Of a DNA stretch of 64,000 nt, positions 11,882-24,266 are shown piece after piece; position 1 is the first letter of the stretch, and every line of letters begins with the position of its first letter. Where the stretch lies: the NCBI GenBank assembly GCA_904063045.1, contig CAJFCJ010000007.1, positions 1,632,873 through 1,696,872 of the forward strand, written 5' to 3'. The notes below the pieces were generated by a model, which was given only the letters and a program-made list of their open reading frames with translations, did no database searches and was not told the origin of the DNA. A program made the position numbers and the translations under genes. Origin of the DNA: Dimorphilus gyrociliatus. Taxonomy: Eukaryota; Animalia; Annelida.

Positions 11882-12932
11882 TTAATTATTTTCAGTTACA
11901 TATTTAAAGATTAATGTAGAGCCGCTGGGTAAATCACTTATGTTGGATAATTCTACTTCTGCTGGATACTTCTTCTCACTATCAAACCCGTCGAAGACAC
12001 ATAACTTCTATTGAAGAAATAGTTAAGAATATAACTTCATTTTCTGAAGCCTTACCTTTGACGAACCAGACTTGTTGTTTTCATTTTCTAATTTAACTTC
12101 ACTCGCAACATAATCTATCATTCGTCCTATTGTCCAATGCTGAAACATATATATTTTAAAACTATCTCTTTACATTTATATAGTTTGTACTTTTGTAAAA
12201 TAAAAAGGCTTTGAAGAATGCTGTGAAGACTCTGGTAGAATTATATTTAAGAAGAATCGGTCTTCCTGAGGGATAGATTTGTTTCCGATAGCTGACATCT
12301 TAATTTTCATTAAAGCCACTTTGGCAGCTAGATTTCTCTGCTTAGCGCTTTTAAAATTTGTATTTTTAACTTGTGGCGGTTGTTTTTGAACTGAAAAAGA
12401 TAAGTCTCTTTTTATGTTTGCGTAAAAGTATTGGTTTACTTTTCAACTCGGGAGTTCTTTTGCTGGTGCTTTCCTCCACAGCACATTTATGATCTAACGG
12501 GTTTCTGTGCCTAACATTATAGAAGGTTTTTAATTCAAATAATAATTTTTCATATGTATTTACTTGAAGCAAAAGCATCCATGGCATATTTCGCATTCAA
12601 TTTCTGTTACCTCTTTTTTTTCACAACGTATGAAACTACAGGGAAATGTGCCCAATACTTGTTTATTCCGAGCTTCTTCTAAGTCATTACTTTTATAATT
12701 TGAACATAGGTGAATTTCTGGCTCTCTATGATCTTTACTGTAAAATAATACCGTTAAAAAATTTGAACTTGTTCAATTCTTAATAATTCTTTACCAGAAA
12801 ATTTCCTTACAGAATTGGCATGGAAATGGAAGAAAATCTAAAAGAAAGGATTAATCAGGTAAAATTTAAGATAATTTAACTTATACCTAATCTTTTACAA
12901 GACGTTAATGAGCAGTGTTTCCCAATATTCAT
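11882..12932 (-). CDS. ZFAND1: AN1-type zinc finger protein 1 with C-terminal ubiquitin-like region; multi-exon
   Basis: Spliced exons give NIGKHC...DFLPFPCQFCKEIFC, a second AN1 finger CEICHGCFCFKHRNPLDHKC, AAKVALMKIKMSAIG and WTIGRMID. These are ZFAND1 hallmarks. The exact start codon is uncertain. Confidence 0.85.
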
Positions 12933-13465
12933 GTCTAAATTTCTTGTCGTCTGCTATAAATGTTATTATGTCCGCTGGTGTCGCCACCGACAAAATAGAC
13001 TTCAGTAGGGTAAAACTCTAATATATTACTTCTACCCAATAAGGTAATTTTTGATGGGAAAATGTGAGAAGCTTGTAAAAAATTTAGAGCCATTTATGAA
13101 AATGCTTGCTCTTGAACTTTTGTTCGCAGAAGATTTATCAAAACAAAATAGTAAAAACTTTCGGAACGTTAAAAAGTTGTGTAGACTATTAGTTAAAACA
13201 TAAGCAGGGGATAAATGATGTTGTTAAATGGAAACTTTAAAGAATATCCTGATCATCTCACATAAAAGCAAAAGTAATCAAACAGAGTACACAACTCAGA
13301 TTACAGTAAAATAATGCATAATGTATTAAATGTATAGAATTTAGAATAAAGTTATGAATATAAAGAAAACTCTAATGGCAGCCTCAAAAATTAAAGATTT
13401 AGTTTGCTTATTTTTCGCACGGAGAATAGCCGAGAGAAAAGTCCATACGTAACAAAAGTTACCAC

Positions 13466-13859
13466 TTAATGACAAAACTTCATTAGTTCAAACTTGTAGC
13501 ATGATTGTCTGCAACATCTGCTTATTATATCATCTCTGATTTCTCGTTTATCAATAATGTGAAAGTCTGAAGAAAAATATTTTCATTAAAAAATATTTTC
13601 ATTTTCAGAAAAGTTCAATAACTCTTTAATAATATAAAATAATATAACTATATAACTCACAACTTTTTATCAAAGGACGTTTTTCCTTCTGATAAGCAAA
13701 ATGCTCTCTTTGAGCAATTAAACAAACTTCTTCTAAATGACTTGCCAGTTCATCTCCACACGATCTTATCTGCTGATATAACCTCGGAGAAATCGTCACC
13801 GATTGACTATGCATTAGGAGAACGGAGAGAATCACAAGTAAAATTTTGTTGTGATTCAT
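13466..13859 (-). CDS. Insulin-like peptide precursor; 2 exons
   Basis: Signal peptide, B chain CGDELASHLEEVC and dibasic KR sites. After a phase-1 intron comes the A chain CCRQSCYKFELMKFC (CC-x3-C-x8-C). Stop at 13466-13468. Confidence 0.9.
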
Positions 13860-14152
13860 GCCGAGGAGAAAAATCGTTTGTCGTTTTTTTTTTAAATGCT
13901 CAGTGCTACTTTAATTTAACACAGTTGATCTTGATTGAATTCCTCTGAGAAATCTTAGTTATTGATGTCCTGTTTTCTAATACAATAGACGTAAATTACT
14001 ATTGTATGAGCTCGGTCATTATATTTTACAATTTTAACAATTTAGAAGTAACTTAGCAGTAAAAACAACATGTTAAACAATCTTGTTTTGATGTATTTAT
14101 ATAAAGAGAGAAAAATTAAGCCTAAAACTTTTTTGGCAATATGCATGCACAT

Positions 14153-15103
14153 TTAAGAGGAGCCCAGTAAATTTTCTCTTAGCATGGCTTGCTCTGATTG
14201 GCTGAATCCAATAAATTCTAAATAATTATCAACTGAACCATATTCATCTGTAAGAAATTTAAAAAGTTCTTCCATAGTCGACTCTTTTGCCGTAGTAAAG
14301 CTTGGACACATGTGTAAATTTACAACAATTTCCTTATATAAACGATCTTTCATCGCTTGAAGACCTTCAGAGGATTTGGCATATTCTTGAAAAATTTCAT
14401 TCTGTGGTTTGCGGACAATGTGCATGACTAAGGCGACAATAATTCCAGTTCTATCTTTCCCATGAGCACAATTTAACATTGCTGGAATATTTTCTTTCTC
14501 GGTTAGTAGTTTTAAAGCTGAACAGATACTTGCATGGCTGTAAGTTACCATATCTTTATACTGTCCAGCAATTCCAACTGGATTAAGAATGTTACGTGCA
14601 AATATTCTTACAAAATTTTTGTAACCAGTATTTCCAATTAAATCAATAAGCAAGTAGAAAAGAGACATAATCTGCAAGTACCAGGGAGCTCGACTGAACA
14701 CTGCTACTATGTAATTCAAACGAAAAAAATTAACCAAAACATGTTTTCCTTTTCTTTCAGTATTTTCTGGTAAATATTTTTCAATAGGTTTCAATTCAGC
14801 TTTTTCGCCAACTTTAAGTTTTTTCCATGGTAATGGCAAGCTAATCTTGTTCACCGTAAATGTCTTGTTCAAATTTTTAGCTCCATTAGCTTTCTCATAC
14901 TCTTTCGAGGATCGAAGGTCGATAATGCACTTTATGCCCAGTTCTTCAAATTTCTTTAATTCATCGTTCTCCAAAAAATCCGGTCTCGAAGATCTGTACA
15001 GAGTGGCTTGACAATGCTTTTCTGTTGAGCTCGTGTCAGGGGTTACTTTTACCACAACAGGTCGAAAATTCGGCATAGATTCGAATGTAGGTACAACCTC
15101 CAT
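14153..15103 (-). CDS. Cys-based protein-tyrosine phosphatase of the IphP/Y_phosphatase3 type; intronless
   Basis: NFRPV...LYRSSRPD, LGIKCIIDLRS and the P-loop NCAHGKDRTG (Cx5R). Likely start is MEVVPT at 15103. Confidence 0.8.
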   Translation of the reverse strand: MEVVPTFESMPNFRPVVVKVTPDTSSTEKHCQATLYRSSRPDFLENDELKKFEELGIKCIIDLRSSKEYEKANGAKNLNKTFTVNKISLPLPWKKLKVGEKAELKPIEKYLPENTERKGKHVLVNFFRLNYIVAVFSRAPWYLQIMSLFYLLIDLIGNTGYKNFVRIFARNILNPVGIAGQYKDMVTYSHASICSALKLLTEKENIPAMLNCAHGKDRTGIIVALVMHIVRKPQNEIFQEYAKSSEGLQAMKDRLYKEIVVNLHMCPSFTTAKESTMEELFKFLTDEYGSVDNYLEFIGFSQSEQAMLRENLLGSS

Positions 15104-16223
15104 CTTGATATCGCGCAGTACTACTGATCGCCGATCACGTGACGAAAAGACAAACTCAATACATTGCAGAATTGTAAACATTATTTCTCATTCAATAAAA
15201 TCTAATCGTTGGTTTTACATTCCACAGCTGTTTTACAGTGATGGGTGTTAAATTCGTCTTTCAGGAAGCCGATAAAAAGATTGTTGAACTAGTGACCTTT
15301 AGTCGTTCAATAATAATATGATAATCAAACAAGAAAATGTTCATATTTAATGCGAATCACTTATCTGAAAAAGCGCGAGATAAAGACAACTTAAAACAAT
15401 TACTAGGACACTTAAAAAAAGAGTTTACTTAAGATGTATAAAATTTTTAAAAAATTCTTTAAATTTTAGGAAAATCAATAATTCAAGATTTCCAATTTTG
15501 AAAATATACATGTACATTTGAAATAGTCACATCAGATAAAAACAATCATTTTTTGAAAACTTGGAGATAACCCTTATATGTTATCGTTACAAATGCTATT
15601 AATTCCTATTCATATGAAATGTGTGCTCATATTAAATATTTTCATTAATGTTGTAACAAATTGACTTTTCCTAGAAAGTATGAAAAGTACTCAATTTCAT
15701 TGTACATATTATATTGCTGATAAGCAATTTGACTCTATTTCGTATTTGCTTTATGCAAAAAGATTTTTGTACTAATAAAATAGGTATTAATTTTTAAAAA
15801 AATAGTAGAGTTTGCTAAGCCTTCTCTTTTAACTTTTGACTAATCCTGAGAAAGTATGCTGAAAATATTACTTAAAATTCTGTTTTTATGCCTTGTAAAA
15901 TGTCATTGTAAAAGTCGGCATTTCTCTTTCAAAATCGATATTATTAATTGAGTACATAATGAATTTTTTATACTGTTTCACAGACCAGTACAATTGATTA
16001 TATGATCTTTAGGTTCAGGATCATGATATTTAAAATAAATTAATATTTAAAAGTCAATATTCATTTGACAAAAACTCTTTACTATTTCATCTATTTGGCA
16101 CAAAAATAATTGCTATCCTAACAAAATTCTTTCAAATGAAGGTAGCAATTAATTTTAAATTCAAAATTGCTTTTTGGATCAGCTGCCAACTGTTGCGATA
16201 TCTGCCGATGACACGTGACCAAA

Positions 16224-18080
16224 ATGGAATACGGTAGCAGACGAAATGCTTACCTTTTGGTGTACTTTGTCGGATTTTTGGTAAAAAACACACTTGTTAC
16301 TAACAAGTTAAAGCAATATTTATACCTAGAGTGTATTAAATGACTTAAGTAGTAAAATTGAAACCGATTTCAGTTCTTTTGATATAAAATAACTCATAAT
16401 CAATTCTCTGTCTGCAACAGGACCTACTGGGAGTTAGTATGGTCATTCCCCTAATAGGGAAGTATGCTAGAGATTTAGGTGCATCCCCAAGTGTTATTGG
16501 TCTGTTAGGTATGTTATTTGAATTTAAAGAAAATCACTTAAAATCTGTAATTTGTTGTAATTTTTTTTATAGGATCAATTTATGGAGGGATACAACTGTT
16601 TTCAAGTCCGATAGTAGTATGTGTCAATAAATATTATACAACTTCCTGTTCAGATTATTTTTATGATACATAGGGAAGATGGAGTGACATTTATGGTCGA
16701 AAAAATATACTAATATTCTGCTTATTATTAACTGCCGTCTCCTATTTTGGACTAGGCCTTGCTAATACTGTATTCATCCTCTTCTTAGCCCGAATTCCAA
16801 CAGGTTCTATCATTATTTAATGCCTATGTTTTTTATATAAATTGCACTTTACAAATACAGGTATTTTTAAATTTAGTCAGGACACAGCGAAAACTTTTTT
16901 GACCGATATTGTGTCAAAAGAGGATCGAAATCGAGTTATAGGAAATTTCAATGCTGCAAGTAGTGTTGGATTTACAATAGGGCCTAGTGTTGGAGGATAT
17001 TTAGCGACAATCTATGGATTTAAAATAGCTGCTTATACATCAGCAATTTGCTTTGTTTTTAATTTAGGTAAAATTTATCATAATGTTATGTTTCTTTAGG
17101 CTTCATGAAACACTCGCAAGCGATTTTAAAGGCCCGTATAGCCGATGATGATGTTCACTTAGTCGGCTATTTAGGTTCCCTTTCGAGTCTTGGCTTTTCT
17201 TTTGGACCCACAGTCGGAGGAATAATCTATCATTTGCACGGATTCACGGCTGCATCGTGGCTAGCCGCATCGGTATTTGTTATCAACACTGGTTTGTTGC
17301 TGAAGTTATAGCTGTTCAGAAAGTACTTTTCTTCGGTTACGGGTCGCTTGCTCTGTAGTATCTTTCCCCTCATAAAGTTTACTGTGTTCTGAAAAATAAT
17401 CTTTTAATATATTATCAGCTTTGGTTTTCTTCTTGTTGCCAAATGACTCCAAGAGAAGAACAGAAGATTTAAAATCTCGTCAGACAATATCAACTTTGGA
17501 GGCTATAGGAAAAGTCGATTGGAATAGGATGTGGGATATATTTCTTGTTAAATTTCTTATGGGGTTAGGTGTTCTGGTATTTCGATCAAATTTTGCCTTA
17601 TCTTTAGATGAGAAATTTGGAGCCACTCCCCAGCAGGTTGGGTATACTATGTCATACTCTGGGGCAATTGGAACTATCGCTGGTTTAAGCGTTGGATTTT
17701 TTACTAATTTATACAAAAATGATGAGAAACTTCTTATGCATATCGGATTTGTGCAAATTGCAAATTTTGTTGTTTTGACTTTTGCACCCAACATATACGT
17801 ATTTACCTTATTGCTTACGCCATTGGGTATCGTAAATCAAGTTGCTCGTGTTTGTATGACGAGTATTACGATTGAGCGGAACAACAACCAAGATGTAGGA
17901 ATACTATTAGGATTATCAGCAAGCGTCATGTCTTTCGGAAGGATGTGTGCCCCTGCGGTGAATGGATTTTTACTCGAAATTAGTAATAATGGACCAGGAA
18001 TTGTTGCTGCAATTAGCGCCTTGATGGCAACTATTATCATGATTTCTAAAAGAAAAAGTCATAGACAGAAGGAAGATTAG
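16224..18080 (+). CDS. MFSD9: MFS transporter MFSD9-like. Exons 16224-16280, 16421-16508, 16573-16616, 16674-16803, [16861-17067 or 17100-17291], 17419-18080
   Basis: GRWSDIYGRK (MFS motif A) and ARIPTGIFK...VIGNFNAASSVGFTIGPSVGG match MFSD9. All junctions are GT-AG with consistent phases. Confidence 0.85.
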
Positions 18081-18390
18081 TTCGACTGGATAATTTAAAC
18101 CAAATATAACTGTTAGGTATTGCTAATTTGCTAAAACTGACTCCTGTTAAACTGTGATGTCCTGTTTCAAGTCATTAACAATAGATCGTAAAGGAAGTAA
18201 AATTTAATCTCTTTAAGTCTAATAAAAATACTTTTTCTACATTTAATTGTAAAAGAAAGCCTAAACTTATTGATCCATTTAGCGTTAATTGTTCAAATCA
18301 TACTGATACTGAAATTGATAGTTAAATAAATTATTACATTTAAAGTTTATTGGCATAACAAAACAAGACCTAGAATAAAAAAATTATTAA

Positions 18391-18921
18391 TTATCTTTTT
18401 TCGCTTTCTTTGATGAGGCTGTTTTCTTCTCCTTCTTTTTCAATCCGTCCATATTTGCTTTCAAAACGTTGGCATAAGCCTGAGGTTGAATGATTTGAGT
18501 AAGTATTTTCTTAATTTAGCAAATTAGTTCTTACATACCAGTTGAAACCTATTCATATCTTTAGGACTGACTATAGTGCTAATCTTTTTACTACCCAAAA
18601 CAGCTCGAAACAGACACTTGTATTCATTCGGTTCCAGTTTTTCTTTAGGCTTTGATTTGCCGTCATCTGAAAATTAATAGTTAAAAACACAAATGAAAAA
18701 ATAATGAAATTACATAAGAATTATAGAAACATGCGATGATATAATTATTTTACTGACATCTTTTCATTGTAATATTGACTGATCCAGATGATTTTGATTT
18801 CTGAAATATTCTTGTAAGCTCAGATAAAAACTGTAGGGGGGAGAGATATCAAGGCATAAATGAGTATATCCTAAAGAGAAAATATTTTAAAACTCACAGA
18901 ATCATTCTCTAAAAGAACCAT
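18391..18921 (-). CDS. SRP14: Signal recognition particle 14 kDa subunit; 4 exons
   Basis: Spliced product MVLLENDS|FLSELTRIFQKSKSSGSVNITMKRY|DGK...CLFRAVLGSKKISTIV...|AYANVLKANMDGLKKKEKK. Confidence 0.92.
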
Positions 18922-19467
18922 ATTTTCTTACTGAGCGATAATTACAATATTTAGTCAATGTGGTAATGATGACGTTTTCTCGTATGAAAGCTCTTTTCGT
19001 AGATAATTGAAGGACGGGCGTATATATCTATTTATTTATTTTTAGACGAATAAACTATTTTCTTGAAAATCCGAAAATTTTTTAGAACTTGGTGTCGTCA
19101 TTTAAATGTTTACAAATAAAAGTTTTCTTTTTTTTTGAGCCAATTAAATTTAACAGCTGGTCTTGGAAAAGTTTTTTAATTTTCACTGGTTTATTGAAAC
19201 AATTCGTTTTATTCGTTTGCTCACTTTCCAAAAACGAATATTTAATGTTAACTTCAATGAAATTATGAAAACTAAACATTAAAGTTTCCACTTTCCGGCG
19301 TTTTAAAAACTTTTGTCATATATTTAAAACAATCATTTTTATTTTAATATTCAAATTGATTCATTTTATTTACGTATATAGGTAAGTGCACTCTATCTTT
19401 TCAAAATACTGATAAGAATCAGATAACTTGTTGTTTTCATTTAGCTCTGGAGGGTTAAAGAGTAAGC

Positions 19468-21210
19468 ATGATTCGGAGCTATCTTAGAGCGTCCGAAGCC
19501 TTGCGAACAAATCTTTCTAATTCAACTGTTACAAATCCTCATCTAATAGACAAAACAGTATTTGATTATGTTATAGTCGGTGCTGGGTCTGCTGGCTGTG
19601 TTCTTGCTAATAGACTAAGTGAGGACGGAAAGAGGACGGTTTTGAGTATTGAAGCAGGACCCAAGGACAGCAGCTGGAAAATTCGTATGCCAGCAGCTTT
19701 GATGTACAATTTATGCGATGACACATACAACTGGTATTATCATACTATTCCACAGAAAAATATGAATAACAGAGTTTTTTATTGGCCCCGTGGAAGAGTT
19801 TGGGGTGGTTCATCTTCCTTAAATGCTATGGCTTATGTTAGAGGTCATAAAAACGACTATGATTCATGGAAAGGTGGATGGAATTATGAAGATGTGCTGC
19901 CTTACTTTAAAAAAGCTCAATGTCATGAATTAGCCAAGCCAAATGACTACTATAGAGGCTCTACTGGTCCATTACATGTTAGTTGTGGAAAGTTAAATAA
20001 TCCTCTCTATGAGGCTTGGATACAGGCGGGAATTGATGCAGGCTTGCCTTATACAGATGACATGAATGGTGAGCAACAAGAGGGTGTTGGAAAAATGGAT
20101 ATGACAATTCGTAACGGGGAGAGATGGAGTGCAGCAGATGCTTATTTGAAGCCTGCTCTAAAGAGGTGAGTATTTGACTTGAATTATTCTAAACGAATCT
20201 AACAACTTTAATACTCTATCAGGAAGAATGTGTTTGCTGTAACGAATTGTCTAGTAAATAGAGTGCTGTTTGAAGGAAAAAGAGCTGTTGGCGTTGAATT
20301 TCTTGTTGATAGAAAACATAAGGTATCCGTAAGAGCTAGAAAAGAGATTATCTTGAGCGGAGGAGCAATTAACTCTCCGCAATTACTTTTGCTATCTGGC
20401 ATCGGGCCGACTGAACATCTGAAAGAGCATGGTATTGAAGTGAAGCAGGATTTACCAGGGGTTGGTCAGAATCTTCAAGACCACTTAGAAATGTATGTTC
20501 AGTACAGCTGCAAGGAAAACATCACACTGTATTCCTACCAATGGAAATTTCCCCATGTTATGATCAGAGCAGGTGCAGAATGGTTTCTAACAAAATCAGG
20601 TCCATGCGCTAGTTCTCATTTAGAAGTGGGAGGTTTTGCCAAAACGGATGATTCGGTTTCACATCCCAACGTACAATGGCACTTTCTACCATCGACTGTT
20701 GTGGATCATGGAAGAAAAATGGGAGACAGACACGCATTTCAAGCTCATGCTGGAACTATGAGACCACTTTCTCGAGGTTCTCTCAAATTGAGATCGAAAA
20801 ATCCGTTCGATCATCCTATCATAGATGCGAACTATCTAAAGGAAGAATTTGATTTAGTAGAATTGCGCGAGGCTCTAAAATATACTAGGAGAATATTCCA
20901 ACAAAAAAGTTTTGATTCATTCAGAGGTGAAGAATTACTCCCAGGGAAGCACATTGATTCAGACAAGAAAATTGATGATTTCATCAGAAACAAAGCAGAT
21001 ACAGCTTATCATCCATGCTCAACATGTAAAATGGGAGATGATAGCTCAAGTGTTGTTGATTTTAATTGCAAAGTTCACGGGATAGAAGGACTAAGAGTAG
21101 TTGATTCTTCAATTTTTCCATCTATGATTAGTGGTAACCTTAACGCACCAACAATAATGTTGGCAGAAAAAGCGTCTGATCATATCTTGGGAAAACTTAA
21201 TTATATCTAA
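19468..21210 (+). CDS. CHDH: Choline dehydrogenase (GMC oxidoreductase); 2 exons with a 57-nt intron at 20166-20222
   Basis: GAGSAG FAD motif, RGRVWGGSSSLNAM, GVGQNLQDH, TAYHPCSTCKMG and GNLNAPTIM. Confidence 0.92.
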
Positions 21211-21420
21211 ATCATTTTAATTGTGACGACTTTTTAATTTAACGATTTTATACTTTTCATTCTGAATAAGACTTTATTAACTGTCTTTAATAATCAAATA
21301 ATTTAAAATCATAATTTTTTTATATCAACTAAAAGTAATAAATAGTTTTGACTTAAAAAAGTAAAAAAAATTTAAAAGAAGTCTTGCGTTTTCTTATATA
21401 ATAAGAACGATTACATAGAC

Positions 21421-22737
21421 CTAATTTGCTTTTGATTCGCTAGCAGTTTCAAAAAAATTTCGTAAAAACCCATTTTTTGTTGGAGTAGATACGATTACTG
21501 CGTCTGAAACATCCATTTCTGATGCGCGATTGCTCATAGTCATATATCCCTGATCAGTTGTTGACTCACCCAAAGTATTTTCGCTTTGTAAAGTACTGTT
21601 TATAGCAGGTTTTTCTTTTTCTTTCTGCTCAAAAGGAATGTCTTTTTCACTCATTTCGTCTTCGTCCTCATCCTCATCATCATCAAGACAGAAGCTCAAT
21701 TGACCTGTGAATGGGGCAGTAGTGCCAGAGTTTTGTCTTATTCGATAAGCTCGCTTAGTTCCATACAAGTCTGGGCTGTTTGCTAGAATAGGGGATATGT
21801 TGAGACGAAAGGCTGATGAAGCAGAGCGATGTGATGATCTTGTTTGTGGAGTAATGGGAGAAAGCTTTGGTGAAAATTTGTTTAGTCCACAAGGTGACTC
21901 GATGTATTTTCCTGCTGGAAACTTTGGAGTTATATGAGGTGATTCTTCAGTAGCATACACTCTTCGTACAAGACGATATTCATTAGGAGTCATACCAGAG
22001 GGTCCTTCATCGCCTTCTATAAGTTTCCTGTAATTATCACACATTAAAGTTCCTCTTCCATCAGTAAAGTAAGCTTTAGGAAGAGCTTCAGTGGCCAGCA
22101 TAGGCCGCCAATGAGCGCGCTTATATAAAGGCAAATACACTATATGGGAAGCATCACACAAGTCATCCTCAGTTGTGGGTAGAAGACGCAGAAATGGAAC
22201 TCTGCCGATATGTTTCCAGTCTGGATCAATACACCATTCAGTTTGAGTAGAACAATCAACTCCTTTTTTCTCTTTTTCATCTTCCACTTCTTCATCAGAT
22301 TCAACTATATCTACTGATATTCCTCCAGGAGAAGGTGGACCAGTGTAATTCTCGAAAAATGTTTTTGACATTTCTGCTTTATCTGCTAATATTTCCCTAT
22401 GTTCACATGAGGCAATAGAATGCTGATGAATTATACTATGGTGGTCATCCTCCATTAATGAGACGTTAGGTGAGGGAAGACTATCGTTGAAAAGTTCCAT
22501 ATGCTTTACATTAGTAAAAGTTGACGGACTCCATTCCACCTTCTGATCGAAAAAAGGATTAAGAGGAATATTATGTTTTATAGCATAATTTCGACGATCG
22601 CTTGGTTCCAAGGTTGCCAAATACGTTTCTAGTTCACATTTTGATATATTGTTGAAATGAATACATTTAGACGACACATCACAGTCACAATTTTCATTCA
22701 ATTTCTCTGCCGATTTTTCAGCTTTGTTGCTAGACAT
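21421..22737 (-). CDS. BORA: Aurora borealis-like disordered cell-cycle protein; intronless
   Basis: NPFF...WSPSTF, FF....PPSP, STQT, many SP/TP sites, LSPI and a DQGYMT segment resembling the BORA beta-TrCP degron. Similarity is motif-level only. Confidence 0.5.
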   Translation of the reverse strand: MSSNKAEKSAEKLNENCDCDVSSKCIHFNNISKCELETYLATLEPSDRRNYAIKHNIPLNPFFDQKVEWSPSTFTNVKHMELFNDSLPSPNVSLMEDDHHSIIHQHSIASCEHREILADKAEMSKTFFENYTGPPSPGGISVDIVESDEEVEDEKEKKGVDCSTQTEWCIDPDWKHIGRVPFLRLLPTTEDDLCDASHIVYLPLYKRAHWRPMLATEALPKAYFTDGRGTLMCDNYRKLIEGDEGPSGMTPNEYRLVRRVYATEESPHITPKFPAGKYIESPCGLNKFSPKLSPITPQTRSSHRSASSAFRLNISPILANSPDLYGTKRAYRIRQNSGTTAPFTGQLSFCLDDDEDEDEDEMSEKDIPFEQKEKEKPAINSTLQSENTLGESTTDQGYMTMSNRASEMDVSDAVIVSTPTKNGFLRNFFETASESKAN

Positions 22738-23006
22738 TTTTTTTTTAAAACTCAAAAATGACCTTCACCTTTTAAACGTTTCGTTGTTATCGTATAAATA
22801 TCATATTTTGCCTCTTGCTTATCAGAAACAAATTGAACACTAGATTTTTAGATTTTTAACGTTGTTGGGGTTTACGAATACAACGTTTGCTGTTTCACTT
22901 CCGGTTTTAGGTCTGTCGGCACCACACTCTGTTTCAATAGAAAAGTGCAATTTTTAGAGTTTGTTTTTCATTATTAAATTCACCTGTGACATTTGTGTAT
23001 TTTAAA

Positions 23007-24266
23007 ATGGAAGAGGAAGAGCCTGTAAGTATCTTGCTTAACTTTTTTTAAAACTGAACTCTTTCCATATTCGGGAAGTGTTTCTTGTGCACTTTGAGTA
23101 CATTTAGCCTCTCAACTTTTCTTTTCGTATCCGAATAATGTCTGAGTCATTATAATTAGATTTTTTATTTAAACATTATAATTTTTTAGCAACTTTTGAT
23201 ACGTTCTAACATTAATTTTTCTGTATTTCAGGTTTTCGACTCCAGTATGAAGAAGAAAAAGAAAAAGAAGCCTGCAGATTTGGCACCAACTAAAGAGTGT
23301 GATAATTCAGAAAATCGAATTGAACAGACGAAGAAAGTCGTAGAAACCTTAGGTGAGGTAGGAAATAAGCTGAATGATTTTGATATCAATGAGGACTTTC
23401 TTGGAAAGAAAAAAAAAAAGAAAAAGCCCATAACAGATTCTCGACTACAAGATCAGAGCGAAAATAATCGAGATGAATCCAGTGAGAAGATTGATGATGA
23501 ATTTTCATTTGACAAAAAGAAGAAAAAAAGAAAAGGTCGTCCAATCGAAATAGACCAAGTAGATGGTCTTCAAGTCAACCAAAATGCTGATACTAAAATC
23601 TCAATTGATTATAATAGGGAATATACTTACGAAGAACTATTACAAAGGGTGTTTGATATCATGAAAGAGAAAAATCCAGATATGATTGCTGGAGAGAAAA
23701 AGAGATTTGTTATGAAGCCTCCTCAAGTAATGAGAGTAGGTACAAAGAAGAGTTCGTTTTCAAATTTTTATGAAATTTGTAAAATGTGAGTAGTGTGACT
23801 AAATTGACGAACAGTTATATTAAAGCTTTATTATTAGGTTACATAGAGTCCCAAAGCATTTAATGGCTTTCTTGTTGGCTGAATTAGGCACCAGGTAAGC
23901 AGAAATTATATAAAATAATTAAAGGATAATGAAAGTCATAAAACAGTGGGGCCATCGATGGAAATAATCAATTAATCATTAAAGGAAGGTTTCAGCAGAA
24001 ACAAATTGAAAGTGTTTTGAGACGATATATAAGTGAGTTAACCAGCATAAGAGTTCATTAAATTCAATAACTTATCAATTAATTTTATAGAGGAATATGT
24101 AACGTGCCATACGTGCAAGTCGCCTGACACTCTCCTCTCCAAAGATACTCGATTATACTTTTTACAATGCGAAAGTTGCGGTTCAAGATGTTCTGTCGCT
24201 TCTATCAAGTCTGGTTTCCAAGCTGTGACAGGAAAGAGAGCTGCTATTAGAGCAAAAACTACTTAA
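23007..24266 (+). CDS. EIF2S2: Translation initiation factor eIF2 beta. Exons 23007-23024, 23232-23785, 23838-23894, 23947-24032, 24091-24266
   Basis: Three poly-Lys boxes, [28 protein letters not shown] and the zinc ribbon CHTC...CESC, ending [15 protein letters not shown]. Confidence 0.95.
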
